64,000 nucleotides of DNA from Octopus sinensis (lineage: Eukaryota), in NCBI RefSeq assembly GCF_006345805.1, contig NC_043006.1, positions 41,292,001 through 41,356,000 of the forward strand, in the 5' to 3' direction. A model generated the notes under the pieces. It was not told the origin of the DNA. It was given only the letters and a program-made list of their open reading frames with translations, and searched no databases. Positions 40,134-52,879 of the stretch are shown here, piece by piece; positions within the stretch are counted from its first letter, which is position 1, and every line of letters begins with the position of its first letter. Position numbers and translations under genes: made by a program.

Positions 40134-40385
40134 CATGAGTTCGAATTCAATCGAGGTTAACTTTGCATTTCATCGTTTCGGGGTCGGTGTAATCGACTTA
40201 TCCCCTCCCCCAAAATGGCTACCATCGTGGCAAAATTTGAACCAATTATTATTATTATTATTGATTGATTGATTGATTCTAGTTTCAGCTCATGAGCTGT
40301 GGCCATTATTATTATTATTATTATTATTGTTATTATTATTGTTATTATTATTATTATTGTTGTTGTTGTTGTTGTTGTTGCTGAA

Positions 40386-40590
40386 GGCGACGAGCTGGCA
40401 GAATCGTTAGGTACGCCGGTCGAAATGCTTAACGGCATTTTGTCCGTCTTTACGTTCTCGGTTCAAATTCGGCCAAGGTGGACTTTATCTTTCATCCTTT
40501 CGGGGGTCGATGAAATAAGTACCAGTTCAGTACTGGGGTCGATGTAATCAACTTACCCCCTCAACCAAAATTTCTGACCTGCCAAATTTT
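40386..40590 (+). mobile_element. SINE family B
   Basis: ggcgacgagctggcagaatcgttagg head plus core. Confidence 0.85.
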
Positions 40591-41096
40591 GAAAGCATCA
40601 TCATTGTCCATCATCATCATCATCATCATTATTATTATTATTATTTTTATTATTATTATTATTATTCCTTATCTTTATTTCCGAGATTACGTTGTTGTTA
40701 TTGTTGCTATTGTCTTGAATGGTGCAGAGTCGTTGGCTTTTGGTTTTACTGTTGTTGTTGATATGAACCTATTGCGATGTCAATATATGCGTGTTCGGTG
40801 TGTAGAATCAACTGTCCGCTCCTGGGATTATGGTAACGCATTTTTTAGAGATACAGGCGCATATGAGCATGTGTGTGCGTTTGTGGATATGCACACACCA
40901 CACACACACACACACACATATATATATAATGGGTACCCTCGCATGACCGCAGCCAGATAACATAAATACGTAAAAGTTATTCTGTTATATATACATATCT
41001 ATACATTCATATACACATACACCTCACGCACACACACACTCACACACACATACACACACACGCACACGCATACCGCCCCCACATATATATATATAT

Positions 41097-41315
41097 ATCC
41101 CTCACCATAGCGCAGTTTATTTATCACGGTTTATTATTTAAGCTTACGTCGAAAACCCCCATGGTGTTGTTTTGCATTTATAATAAAAGAATAATATACA
41201 AACTATAAAAATAATAAATTTATTTATTGTGTACAGTGCTGTGTCTACTTCGCGGATTTTCATCTATCGCGTGGGTTTTGGGTTTATAATACCCGCGATA
41301 GTCGGGAGATTACTG
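41097..41315. mobile_element. Tigger/pogo-like MITE (family of 32437)
   Basis: Right end cgcgatagtcgggagattactg-TA; opposite orientation to the 32.4 kb copy. Confidence 0.65.
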
Positions 41316-41452
41316 TATGTATGTACACACACAAACACACACACACACATATATATAATTATTAATATAATACATAAATTGCTATAAATTCATTTTTCCA
41401 TGCTGACTACCTGGTAATTATCCCTAACGTGATTTTTATCCTTATTTTCTGA

Positions 41453-41499
<47 letters not shown>

Positions 41500-42220
41500 C
41501 ACACATTTATATATATATATATATATTATATATATATATGTAGTTGGGTACGTGAATAAATCTCCGCACTACAGAGGACGAACAGTTACCGGTCTGTAAC
41601 ATTGTTTGGGTTTTATATTTTTCGTCTTTATTCATTATACATAAAGACATTGGCGGGGCTACCTATCAAACAGGAACGGAGATCCCACATGAAGTGGTTC
41701 TTTAAGCTAAGAGAAATAAAGCTCAATCTTCCTCATTTTACACTCGATAGAGACAACACACATACACACACGCAGTCACACGCGCACGCAATAACCCTCA
41801 CGTGCTGCCCTGTCATCTTAGCAAAATTAGCTCATATTACACCATGCAGTTTCTGATATACAGAAATGAATTATGGTCTTAGCTGGAACATCTTTGATCG
41901 TAAGCCTGCTTGACCAAGAACTTGTATGAACACATAATAAACACCAACAAAGCACACACATTCATTCATTCATACATACATACATACATACATACATACA
42001 TACGTACATACGTACATACATACATACATACACACACACACGCATAAACACATGCATACACACATGCATACACACATGCATACACACATACATACACACA
42101 TACATACACACACACATACATTAAGACAGGCAGACAGATAGATAGACTGATAGACATACATCGCACATACCAATGGTCACTCTGAGTTAAATATTTTAGC
42201 AATTTTTATTTTTGCTTAAT

Positions 42221-42635
42221 AGGCGCACGAATGGCTGTTCGGTAAGTAGCTTGCTTACCAACCACATGTTTCCGGGTTCAGTTCCCTTTGCGAGGCACCT
42301 TGGGCAGGTGTCATCTACTATAGCCTCGGGCCGACCAAAGCCTTGTGAGTGGATTTGGTAGACGGAAACTGAAAGAAGCCCGTCTTATATATGTACATGT
42401 ATATATATATGTGTGTATGTTTGTGTGTCTGTGCTTGCCCCACCACCACCATCACATCACTCGACAACCGATGCTGGTGTGTTTACGTCCCCGTCACTTT
42501 CCGGTTCGGCAAGTGCGACCGATAGAATAAGTTCTAGGCTTACAAAGAATAAGTTCTGGGGTCGATTTGCTCGACTAAATGAGGTGCTCCGTCATGGCTG
42601 CAGTCAAATGACTGGAAAAAGTAAAAGAGTAAAAG
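42221..42635 (+). mobile_element. SINE family A, full length
   Basis: Head, core and tail all present. Confidence 0.9.
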
Positions 42636-43307
42636 CGTATATACAAACTACCTAAGCCATAAATATGTCATACTTGGCTTCGGTATATAAGGTAAGGCAA
42701 TAGTTGTGTTGCCGAGACAGAAACACGTTTCTACGACTATCCTCTTGTCTACCAACAATAAGCTTACCTTTTTCCTTTATCGCATGTCAATTTTGTACAA
42801 TTTCTGGTTATTGAGAATATTTCCTCTGTTAATAAATCAAAATTTTATATTGCATTGTATTTGATATATTTATTTGTCTAAGATGTTCTTAAACAAGACA
42901 CTGTCCCCTCTTAGCTCATTTTTGTGGGAAACTGAAATGCAGAACTGTCGCAAACAGAGTTATTTTATCACCAAATGTACTATTGTACAAATGTACTTTC
43001 CTTTAGGTTCTATGAAACTAAAGGAAAGAAAAATCTTAATAAAAACTGTATAGAACGCAAAATGCAATGACAATAACTATACCGTCAACCAAATCTTCCT
43101 TCTCATCTTTCTTCACATTAATTTTACGTGACAATAGCTCACCATCATCTCTAGCATGGGGGGGGGGGCAGCTCTTTCAAGAGAAAATCTGTCTCCGTTT
43201 GTCTGACTGTCTTTCTGTCTCTCTCTCTCTTTCTTTCCCTCTCCCACTCCCCCCTCTCTCTCTCTCTCTCTCTCTCACTTTCTCATTCTATCAATTTATC
43301 AAAGGAA

Positions 43308-43765
43308 AGGCGTGGCTGTGTTGTAAGAAGCTTACTTCCCAACAACGTGGCTCCGGTTTCAGTCTCACTGCGTGGTACCTTGAGCATGTATTTCCTACCA
43401 TAGCCTTGGGCCGACTAAGGCCTTATGAGTGGATATGGTAGACGGAAACTGATAGACGTCTGTTGTATATACATATATATTTATATATATACATACGCAT
43501 TTATATCTATATATATGTATATGTGTGTGTGTGTGTGAATGTGTGTGTTTGAGTATAACTATGTGTGCGTTCGTGTCTTTTTGTCTGTGTCTGTTCCCCA
43601 CCACAGTTTGACAACTGGTGTTTACGTCCCCGCATCTTAGCAGTTTAGAGAAAAAGACAGGTAGAATAAGCACCAGGCTTAAGATGTTCGACTGGAAAAA
43701 CGCTTTACGGCAGTTGCCCCAGCCTGGCCGCAGTCAAGTAAATGAAACATGTAAAAGATAAATGA
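43308..43765 (+). mobile_element. SINE family A
   Basis: Head, core and tail; 3' half duplicated at 44635-44880. Confidence 0.85.
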
Positions 43766-43904
43766 TAGAAAACATATATTCAAATATACCTAATATATAT
43801 ATATATATATATATATTTCGAAGAGAAATCTACCTGACAATTTCTTGTTTAATTTTCCTTATAAGTAGTTGTCCTTAATTGCTAAATATATATATATATA
43901 TTAT

Positions 43905-44280
43905 ATTACGTAAAAGCAACCGTCCGTTCGTGGCCGTTTGCCAGCTCTGTCTGCCCCGTGTCGGTGGCACGTAAAAGCAAACCATCCGCTCGTGTTCGTT
44001 GCCAGCCTCGGCTGGCCCCGTGCCGGTGACACGTAAAAGCACCACCATCCGTTCGTGGCCGTTGTGCCAGCTCTGTCTGGCACCTGTGCAGGTGGCACGT
44101 AAAAAACACCCACTACACTCGAGGAGTGGTTGGCGTTAGGAAGGGCATCCAGCTGTAGAAAGACTGCCAAATCTGACTGAGCCTGATGAAGCCTTCCGCT
44201 TCACAGACCCCAGTTAAAAACCGTCCAACCCATGCTAGCATGGAAAACGGACGCTAAATGATGATGATGATGATGATGAT
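43905..44280 (+). mobile_element. Retroposon 3' region with ~57-bp tandem units and (GAT)n tail (RTE-type tail); second copy 45025-45395
   Basis: Repeated cacgtaaaagcaccatccg units, then ggcgttaggaagggcatccagctgtagaaa...ccatgctagcatggaaaacggacgctaaa(tga)n. Confidence 0.7.
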
Positions 44281-44367
44281 ATATATATATATATATATAC
44301 CGGATAAACACATAAAGTGAACAAGGTGGAAAAAGAGTACACACATACCAGTGGTAGAGTAATATGG

Positions 44368-44521
44368 TTTATTTAAAGCAGCAGAAAATTTAACAAAACC
44401 TGTTACTCTGAGTTCCCGTTGCCGTTCATCGGACAGTAATTCTAGCAAAAACTGTTCGAAAAACGGCAACGGGAAATTCAGAGTAACAGGTTTTGTTGAA
44501 TTTTCTGCTGCTTTAAGTAAA
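44368..44521. repeat. Fold-back element (~59-bp arms); duplicate at 45486-45640
   Basis: 44368-44426 mirrors 44462-44521. Confidence 0.9.
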
Positions 44522-44522
44522 G

Positions 44523-44610
<88 letters not shown>

Positions 44611-44905
44611 TATATATTATATTACATATTTATATATGTGTGTGTGTGTGTGAATGTGTGTGTTTGAGTATAACTATGTGTGCGTTCGTGTCTTTTTTGT
44701 CTGTGTCTGTTCCCCACCACAGTTTGACAACTGGTGTTTACGTCCCCGCATCTTAGCAGTTTAGAGAAAAAGACAGGTAGAATAAGCACCAGGCTTAAGA
44801 TGTTCGACTGGAAAAACGCTTTACGGCAGTGCCCCAGCCTGGCCGCAGTCAAGTAAATGAAACATGTAAAAGATAAATGATAGAACATATATTCAAATAT
44901 ACCTA

Positions 44906-44936
<31 letters not shown>

Positions 44937-45517
44937 CGAAGAGAAATCTACCTGACAATTTCTTGTTAAGTTTTCCTTATTAAATAGTTGTCCTTAATTG
45001 CTAAATATATATATATATATATATATACGTAAAAGCACCGTCCGTTCGTGGCCGTTTGCCAGCTCTGTCTGGCCCCGTGTCGGTGGCACGTAAAAGCACC
45101 ATCCGCTCGTGTTCGTTGCCAGCCTCGGCTGGCCCCGTGCCGGTGACACGTAAAAGCACCATCCGTTCGTGGCCGTTGTGCCAGCTCTGTCTGGCACCTG
45201 TGCAGGTGGCACGTAAAAAACACCCACTACACTCAAGGAGTGGTTGGCGTTAGGAAGGGCATCCAGCTGTAGAAAGACTGCCAAATCTGACTGAGCCTGA
45301 TGAAGCCTTCCGGCTTCACAGACCCCAGTTAAACCGTCCAACCCATGCTAGCATGGAAAACGGACGCTAAATGATGATGATGATGATGATGATGATATAT
45401 ATATATATATATACCGGAGTAAACACATAAATGTGAAACAAGGTGGAAAAAAGAGTACACAAATACCAGTGGTAGAGTAATATGGTTTATTTAAAGCAGC
45501 AGAAAATTTAACAAAAG

Positions 45518-45555
45518 CTGTTACTCTGAGTTTCCCGTTGCCGTTCATCGGACAG
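45518..45555 (-). ncRNA. Minimal hammerhead motif, variant core (the copy at 44400-44436 lacks one A of GAAA)
   Basis: CUGU-CCGAUGA-A-CG-GCAA-CG-G-GAAA-CUCAGA-GUA-ACAG; helix III ACUC-A-GAGU. Confidence 0.55.
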
Positions 45556-45782
45556 TAATTCTAGCAAAAACTGTTCGAAGAACGGCAACGGGAAATTCAG
45601 AGTAACAGGTTTTGTTGAAATTTCTGCTGCTTTAAGTAAAGTATATATATATATATATTATATATATATATATACATATTTATATATGTGTGTGGTGTGT
45701 GTGTATAAAGATATGGATATATCTTAATATCTATCTATCTCTCTCTATTATATATATGTATATATATATGTATATATATATG

Positions 45783-45814
<32 letters not shown>

Positions 45815-45819
45815 TATGT

Positions 45820-45885
<66 letters not shown>

Positions 45886-45955
45886 ATGTGACTGCGCGTA
45901 TATCGTTGGCGATTTTCTTTCTCCGTCTTCCCTTCCCTAGATCTTTCCTTTTCCT

Positions 45956-45990
45956 GTTTCTGACGAAGAGTTCCGCTCGAAACTTTAAAC
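45956..45990 (+). ncRNA. Minimal hammerhead motif, helix III mutated
   Basis: GUUU-CUGACGA-A-GAG-uuccg-CUC-GAAA-CU-UU-AAAC. Confidence 0.45.
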
Positions 45991-46113
45991 CCTCCTTCTT
46001 CCCTTTCTTCATGAGCGTCCATAATACTATATTTTTCAACATCCTCGCGTTGTTGTTTTTTCTTTGTGTTTTCATGTTTGGATTAGCTTATATATATTGT
46101 ATATATGTATATT

Positions 46114-46144
<31 letters not shown>

Positions 46145-46158
46145 TTATATATATAATG

Positions 46159-46228
<70 letters not shown>

Positions 46229-46470
46229 GTATATATATATTTATATATATATGTTATATATATATATATATTTATATATATGTATATATATATATATATA
46301 GATATATATACGGGTGTGTGTGATTGTGTATAGAAGAATATATCAATAAAAGGAATTCCAACCTTGTTGATTTTCACGTTTTATTTACAATCTTCTAATG
46401 GTATAATATAAGATAATATAATATAATAAAATAAAATAAAATAATAGAATGTTAAATGTTCATTCTGATT

Positions 46471-46513
46471 GAACTAGTACTTTCATGCATTAAATTATGC
46501 AATCTTAAGGTTC
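46471..46513 (-). ncRNA. Degenerate hammerhead motif downstream of the Penelope ORF
   Basis: GAAC-CUUAAGA-uugcau..augcau-GAAA-GUAC-UA-GUUC; G5U core change, palindromic AGUACU. Confidence 0.5.
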
Positions 46514-46963
46514 ATGTAGTAGTGGTGACAGTCATGCTTCACAATTTTTGCTGTAGCGAGATGGTTAAGCCTGTGCCTTAAATACACCTATGAAGGCTCC
46601 AGATTGCTAGGTTTTGCAAACTGTATTCGGACCAATCAGTGTGTAGCATCACTCAATTACTTAAGCTGATTGGTTTAGGCGTCACGCTTTGTTGAACATG
46701 TCAAGAGTCCTATTGCACTATTTTTAAAAATGTTGTGAATAGCCTTTGTCAGGGATTTTTATATTTCAATTGTCATCATCATCAATGTCAGCACCTTAAT
46801 TATTGTTGCTAGTGGTGATGGTGGTGGCAATAGAACTTTTAACCCTAAATAAGATAATTTTCCTGCTATCTTCATCTTGATCACCTTTAGTATTGTTGTT
46901 GTTGTTAGTGGTCATGGTCGTAGCAGTGGAATATATACCTCTAAGTATTATTATTATTGCTTA

Positions 46964-48125
46964 TTTAGCTTGGGTTCGAATTTGTCAATAAAATTCTTTT
47001 CTCTGATTTTCCTCTCGATTTCACTTGGGCTGTGTAATTTGTAGAATGGAAATATTATATATATTTTCCCACCACATGTTGTTAGGTGGTTACTCAAAGG
47101 TATCTGACGGACCTCTGGGTCTCTAATCTGTTGTCGGTGTACACGTGAGCGTTCTGATAGTGCATTTCCCGTCTGACCTACATATATTTCTTCACAATTT
47201 GGGCATTTGATGCAGTAAATTAAATTTCTGCTTTTGCAGTTCATATTCGCGTTTGTGAATATTTTCCCGGTTTTTGTGTTTATATATTGGCCGGTATGTA
47301 TGAATTGGCATGTGTCACAACGGCTATCATTGCATTTAGATACAGTGAATGTTTGGTCTTTGTTGCTAAGGTCAAACTTTGCCTTTGTTAGTAATTTTTT
47401 CTTTTACTAAGAACCATAGCTCGATCCGTGATTATATCTTTTAATTCATTACTTTGAGCTATGATTGGTAAGTTTGCTTTGGCAATGTTGAAGGATATTC
47501 TGGTGACATGAGTTGTGGTGTCACTATGAATGGTATGACTTGTTCTGTTTTCCTCTCCTTGGTTGTTCCTAAGTTGTTGTATGGGTATTTCTATAGCCCG
47601 CTGTTTTGCCATTTTCTATAAGTAGAGATGGGTATTTTTGTTTGAGCAAAAATTCTCTTAGTTCTATTAGGCGTTTGTTCCTGATATTTGCATCTTCTAC
47701 AATGGTACAAATTCTTCTGGCTAGGCAGTATGGGATGTTGCGTTTTGTATGTGGAGGATGTCGCGACTTAAAATTCAGGAATTTGATGTGTGTCTGTGTG
47801 TTTATAGTATATATCTGTGGTGATGGTGGTGTCCTTTTTAATTACCATTATATCTAGGAATGGTAATCTGGTACTACTCATCTCCTTTGTAAATTGGAGA
47901 GATGTGTGTAGGTTGTTCAGGAGGATATTGAACTCTTCCAGATTATTTAGAGATTCTGTCCAGATTATGAAGCAGTCGTCAAGGTATCGCTTCCATACTT
48001 TTTCAATATACTTTCTAAATCCAGTGCTATAGTTTACCTCCACCACTAGGTAGAGTTGTTGTTCTAAGTATCCCATTACAGAGTTGGCGTAAACGGGAGC
48101 AAACCTCGTTCCCATCGCCGTGCGA
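46964..48125 (-). mobile_element. Penelope-like element, RT C-terminal part plus GIY-YIG endonuclease, frameshifted
   Basis: TAMGTRFAPVYAN, WKRYLDDCFIIW, LPFLDIMV; NLIYCIKCPNCEEIYVGQTG..SERSRVH. Confidence 0.92.
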
Positions 48126-48186
48126 TATATATTATATATGTATATGTATATATATATATATAATATTATATATATATATAATATAT

Positions 48187-48716
48187 ATACTTTGATACTT
48201 TGATACTTTGATAGGTTTCGTCGGCCATTATTGGCCCAGGCCATGTCTAACTTAATAGCACACACCTGGTGAGTCTTTCAAGTCAGAATTGGGCACTATG
48301 GCCCACTCAAGTAGAGAGTTATTGTTTACAGAGGACATATCCGGGTGTAGGGGGTTTATCCGGGATTTCTGAAGGAATCTGTCCAAAGACTTCTTGAACC
48401 CTATAGGGTCAGTTTCTGTTTTAAGTGTTTTGGTGTAATGTTAAAGAGAGCGGGGCCAATTGAGGTGAAATAATTGTGCCGTATTGTTGTAATGAGATGA
48501 GAGTGCGATTTTTGTTTTGGGCGGATGGCACGGGGCCTAAGCTTGGATGTACCTTAAAGGTGATGCCAACATCATTTGGGCAATGCTGATGGAATATTTT
48601 CCACATCATGCAGATGATGTAGCGCTCACGACGCCGTTGGAGAGAATAGAGTTTTAGCTTTTCTAGTCGACCCCAATAGTCGAGGCCTGTCATGCCATCT
48701 ATCTTTTTTGTGATTT
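48187..48716 (-). mobile_element. CR1/L2-group LINE 3' end with (TCAAAGTA)n tail
   Basis: [22 protein letters not shown]; tandem atcaaagt tail. Confidence 0.85.
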
Positions 48717-48719
48717 TGT

Positions 48720-48890
48720 GATATATATATATGTATATATATATATATTTACATATATATGTATATGTATATGTATATGTATATATATATATATATGTAT
48801 ATGTATATGTATATATATGTATATGTATATGTATATATATATTATATATATATATGTATATGTATATGTATATATATGTATATGTAATTG

Positions 48891-48924
<34 letters not shown>

Positions 48925-48946
48925 TTGTATATGTATATGTATATAT

Positions 48947-49032
<86 letters not shown>

Positions 49033-49074
49033 ATATATTATATATATTATGTATATATATATATATATATTTAC

Positions 49075-49125
<51 letters not shown>

Positions 49126-49130
49126 ATATA
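48720..49130. repeat. (TA)n/(TATATG)n microsatellite
   Basis: Direct reading. Confidence 0.95.
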
Positions 49131-49491
49131 TACTAGCAGTATCGCCCGGCGTTGCTCGGGTTTGTTTCGACCCGCTGGAATTGTAATTTTGAAAAGTAAA
49201 AATTTTGTGAACATTTTTCTGGTCGAAATATACCGAAAAGTGGCGACACAGCAGTGAAAAAATCGTAAAAAATCGGGATTTTCATAGAAAAAAGCAGCTT
49301 TTTGATGTAAATAATTTTTGGTGTTAACATGGTCCGATTTGAATTTTATGTTCTACAGAAGGAAGAGCAACCATTCTTCTATCATACTCTCAATTTTGGT
49401 CAACTCGCGCCGCAGGGTCTCGGAGGAGATAGTGTTAGTTGAAGGTTACCAAACGTGGCGCACACAGACAACTTCAGCTTTATATAGAGAT
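49131..49491 (+). mobile_element. Helentron-type non-autonomous element (HINE/DINE-1-like)
   Basis: Start TACTAGCAG-TATCGCCCGGCGTTGCTCGGG (subterminal inverted motif), end cttcagctttatatagagat. Confidence 0.65.
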
Positions 49492-50089
49492 AACACACAC
49501 ACATTAATACACATACATAGACAACATGTATGTATGGATGTATATATGTACATCTGTCCACTTCTGCAATATTTTTATCCTTCACTTCTACCACACACAC
49601 ACACCTTATTAGCTTACAATTTCTTTCTGTCAACAATGACAACAGAAGTACGCTCGCCAATAATACTACCAAAATTTAACGACAGAAAGTAAATAAAAAA
49701 CCAATTTACCGTTTCTGTATTGTTATGGTAATCCGACCGTCGGTGTGTTTTTGCAAATGTGTTCGAATGAGAAGTGAGTTGTGTTTGGCGCCTTTTTTAC
49801 TAATAACAAATACACACGTGTGTGTGTGTTTGAGTGTTTGTATGTAGTTGTTTGAAAGGTTTGTGTTTGTCACTGTCATATATGTATGTGTATGCGTGTG
49901 TGTAAGGAATGGCAAACCAGATAGATAGCGCGCGAAGTTCTTTTGAAGTTCGCGTGTCACATACGCGCGCACGCACACACACACACACACGCACCCTCAC
50001 ACACACACGCACACACACACACCACACTCACACACACGCACACACACTTTAGCTTACAATTTTATTTATATATTTGCGTGTCTATGTGT

Positions 50090-50640
50090 GTAAAGAGGAA
50101 GTGGGAATGCAGAGTAAAAGAGTGAAATGGTAAAATATTTAGTTTTCTCGAATTTTTTCTGAAATGGGGGTGAAATTGAAAGAAATTTTGTATGCCATGA
50201 CCGAATGGAAGTTCTTTGAAAAATCATAGGTAAACTCTAATTGAAGAAATTGTGTGAGGAGTAAATCGTTATGTATTTATTTGTTTCTGTTTGCTGTGTT
50301 GTTTTTTTTTTGAGTAGTGGTTTAAGGTACACTTGCAAAGAGAAAGTGGGAGAAATTAGGGTGATAGCATCAGTGAAGCAGTTCGCTCCGTTTGTGTGTG
50401 TGTGCGTGTGTGTGTGCTGTAGCCCACACTAAGAAAAGCACTTCACTTACACACCACAATGTGAGTTTTCTCTAAATTTTGCTAAATTGGGGTTGAAATT
50501 TGAAAAACTGGACCTGGCACGACCCGATGTATTCTACTCTTAAAAATGCTAGGTAAATTGTAATTGAAGAAATCCTATATTGTAGATTTCTATAAGAGAC
50601 AAAGGGAGGCAGATAAAATCTGCCTTTTATAATAAGAGAT
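50090..50640 (+). mobile_element. Second HINE-like element (5' end unclear)
   Basis: 3' hairpin ggcagat-aaa-atctgcc followed by ttttataataagagat. Confidence 0.5.
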
Positions 50641-51499
50641 ATTAAAATAATAATAATAAGAATAATATGACAACAAAAGAATGAACGAGGAATTTATCTA
50701 TAAATAGAAGAATTTATCTATAAATATACGTGACAGTTAGTTGGTTGTCATAATAAAACTCAGAGTTTCGGATGCCGGAGCTGATGTGTGCTCTACATAT
50801 CATCAGTTATTAAGATAAACAAAAATGCTGTGAATAAAATCTTGAATGAAGGGAAATTACTCCAATAGGCGCCGGGGAATGTAAGACTTCGTTCATAGAA
50901 TCTGCATATGCACACATGTACACATATACATGCACGTACGCACACACACGTATATATATATATATAGATAGATAGATATATTTATTCTCACACACGCGTG
51001 TACATTTACATACAAATACACACACATATATATGTCTATACATACGTACATATATATATGGAAACGCAAACGTACATACATGCACGGGAACACAAAAGGG
51101 TTAATATAATTTCGTCATATAAAGTGCTGCCTTACATACATGTGACCACGCATCTCCCCATCATAAAATACGAAATTTGCCAACAATAGTGGGTTATAGA
51201 GTTCCTCTGCAACTGTTGGCAATGTTCCTTGTCAAAATTAATCAATAAACACTGCAAAAATATGAATACACGTATACATGTATGTGTATGTAAAAATACA
51301 ACACATAAGCGAAGGCTGTATTTCATGAAAATGAAAAACAGACATAGTTAAACACAGTTCACCGGTTAGCTTATGTGCAAGGTCATTATGATTTCGGCGC
51401 TGGAAAATTTGAAACCGTTCGTTCAGAAAGCGCCAGAGTAACACCTGAATTAAACAAAGAAATGTCATTCGAGTCACAAAAAACAGAAAGAAAGTAAAT

Positions 51500-52680
51500 A
51501 TGAGTCAGACGCGCACAAAAAAACTCATGGATACAGTGAATTAACTCCAGAGGTTATTTTTTCGACTTGAGACAGAGGCAAACAAAGATTATATTGTGGA
51601 GAGGGAGACTAGATGACATGTAATCGGACACTTTAGATATAGCGAAGTGGAATCAGCTATGTACGGGAGCATATATCATACTGGGCAAAGTGGTGATCGT
51701 AAAAGTGGGTATTGCAGAGTAAATCCATTTTAGCTAGCGGTGATTTTGGTTGTTAGGCTAAGAGGTTAATGAAAGTGATTGGTGAATGATTTAGACAAAA
51801 TCTGCAGACAGAGAACTGAGGAAAAGTCGCGAGTCAATTTTACTCAGAAATAGGCTGAGAGAAATCTGTCCCTGAAATGTCGGACAGAAGTAGCTGATAC
51901 CTTTATCAGCGTACTACAAGAAGCATATAATCAGACTTGAAAGCACATTTTGACTCTTCTTAAGGAAGGGACAAGTTCCACTTGTCAAGAAATAAATCTC
52001 CTGCCACATCATGGCAATCCCAGAATAAGGTCCTTGATGATGCGCCAGCATACTCTGATGATGCGCCAGCATACTCTGATGATGCACCAGCAGAAATATT
52101 TTGGTCTGCACTGAAGAAGGTGAAAAAACAGGAGAATTGATGTGTTCGTCTCTAGTGTGTCATGCTTTGGCGTAACTTGTCTCTTTAACCAGACTTCAAT
52201 AATGAGCCAAGCAAAGAACGAGATTTATCGCTTGGCATCTGAAATGCCATCGGGGTCTCGCAGAACTCTGTCAGGAGCTGGAAAACAACTTCAAATTTCG
52301 GTATAGAGTTAGTCGAGGGGACGGTGGTCTGCGAGTGGAAATCGATTAGAAGAGTTTGAGTAATCTCATCTTGTTGACTTTCAGATTAGGAATTAGGGAC
52401 AACTTCAAAAATCTTTCATATGGCAATGTTACAGGGATCATTACGTGTTTAGCACGATCTCTGCAGAAACACAAGCGCTAGCAACCAAACTCGTCTAAGA
52501 AGTGTTCAAGTCTATGAAACCGTCTTGCACACCGGCGTTCCTGTCTGTTCGTTGGGAATTTGCCGAACAGATGTTGTCACATGTTGGACGATCCCGGCTT
52601 TCTGCCATGTCTACAGCGAAAAACCGATGCGTCACCTTAATTTGGCAGGGAAGGAAACATGTCTTTTCCTGTTTAGTGTT
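51500..52680 (+). mobile_element. Heavily decayed LINE RT region, possibly L1/Tx1 group
   Basis: Scattered remnants (VADTFISVLQEAYN, a K-G-x-x-stretch, LIWQGR); includes a 21-bp tandem repeat at 52035-52092. Confidence 0.35.
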
Positions 52681-52879
52681 TGTGGCGATTCTGTAATTAT
52701 ATTAAATTTCTTTTGTATCTTTTCTTATAAATATTGTTATATCTTATTTTCTTTGAGTTTCCTTTGATCAAGTTAAACACATTTTTCTGCAGTATATTTC
52801 GTTCTTTGTTTTGCCCTCAATGTTCAACGTCTTGAAATCTTGTGGCTATGAAACCAAAATTATTATTTTCAATATTATT

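Larger units (their letters stand above)
43522..45650. repeat. Tandem duplication, period ~1115 bp
   Basis: 43522-44530 repeated at 44637-45650 with mostly single-base indels. Confidence 0.95.

Noticed and set aside
43905-44110. ~57-bp repeated units resembling a CRISPR array
   Set aside because: Eukaryotic context, the 'spacers' resemble each other, no cas genes; part of a retroposon tail.
52035-52092. 21-bp tandem repeat containing ctgatga
   Set aside because: Local slippage inside a decayed LINE; no GAAA/helix partner for a ribozyme.
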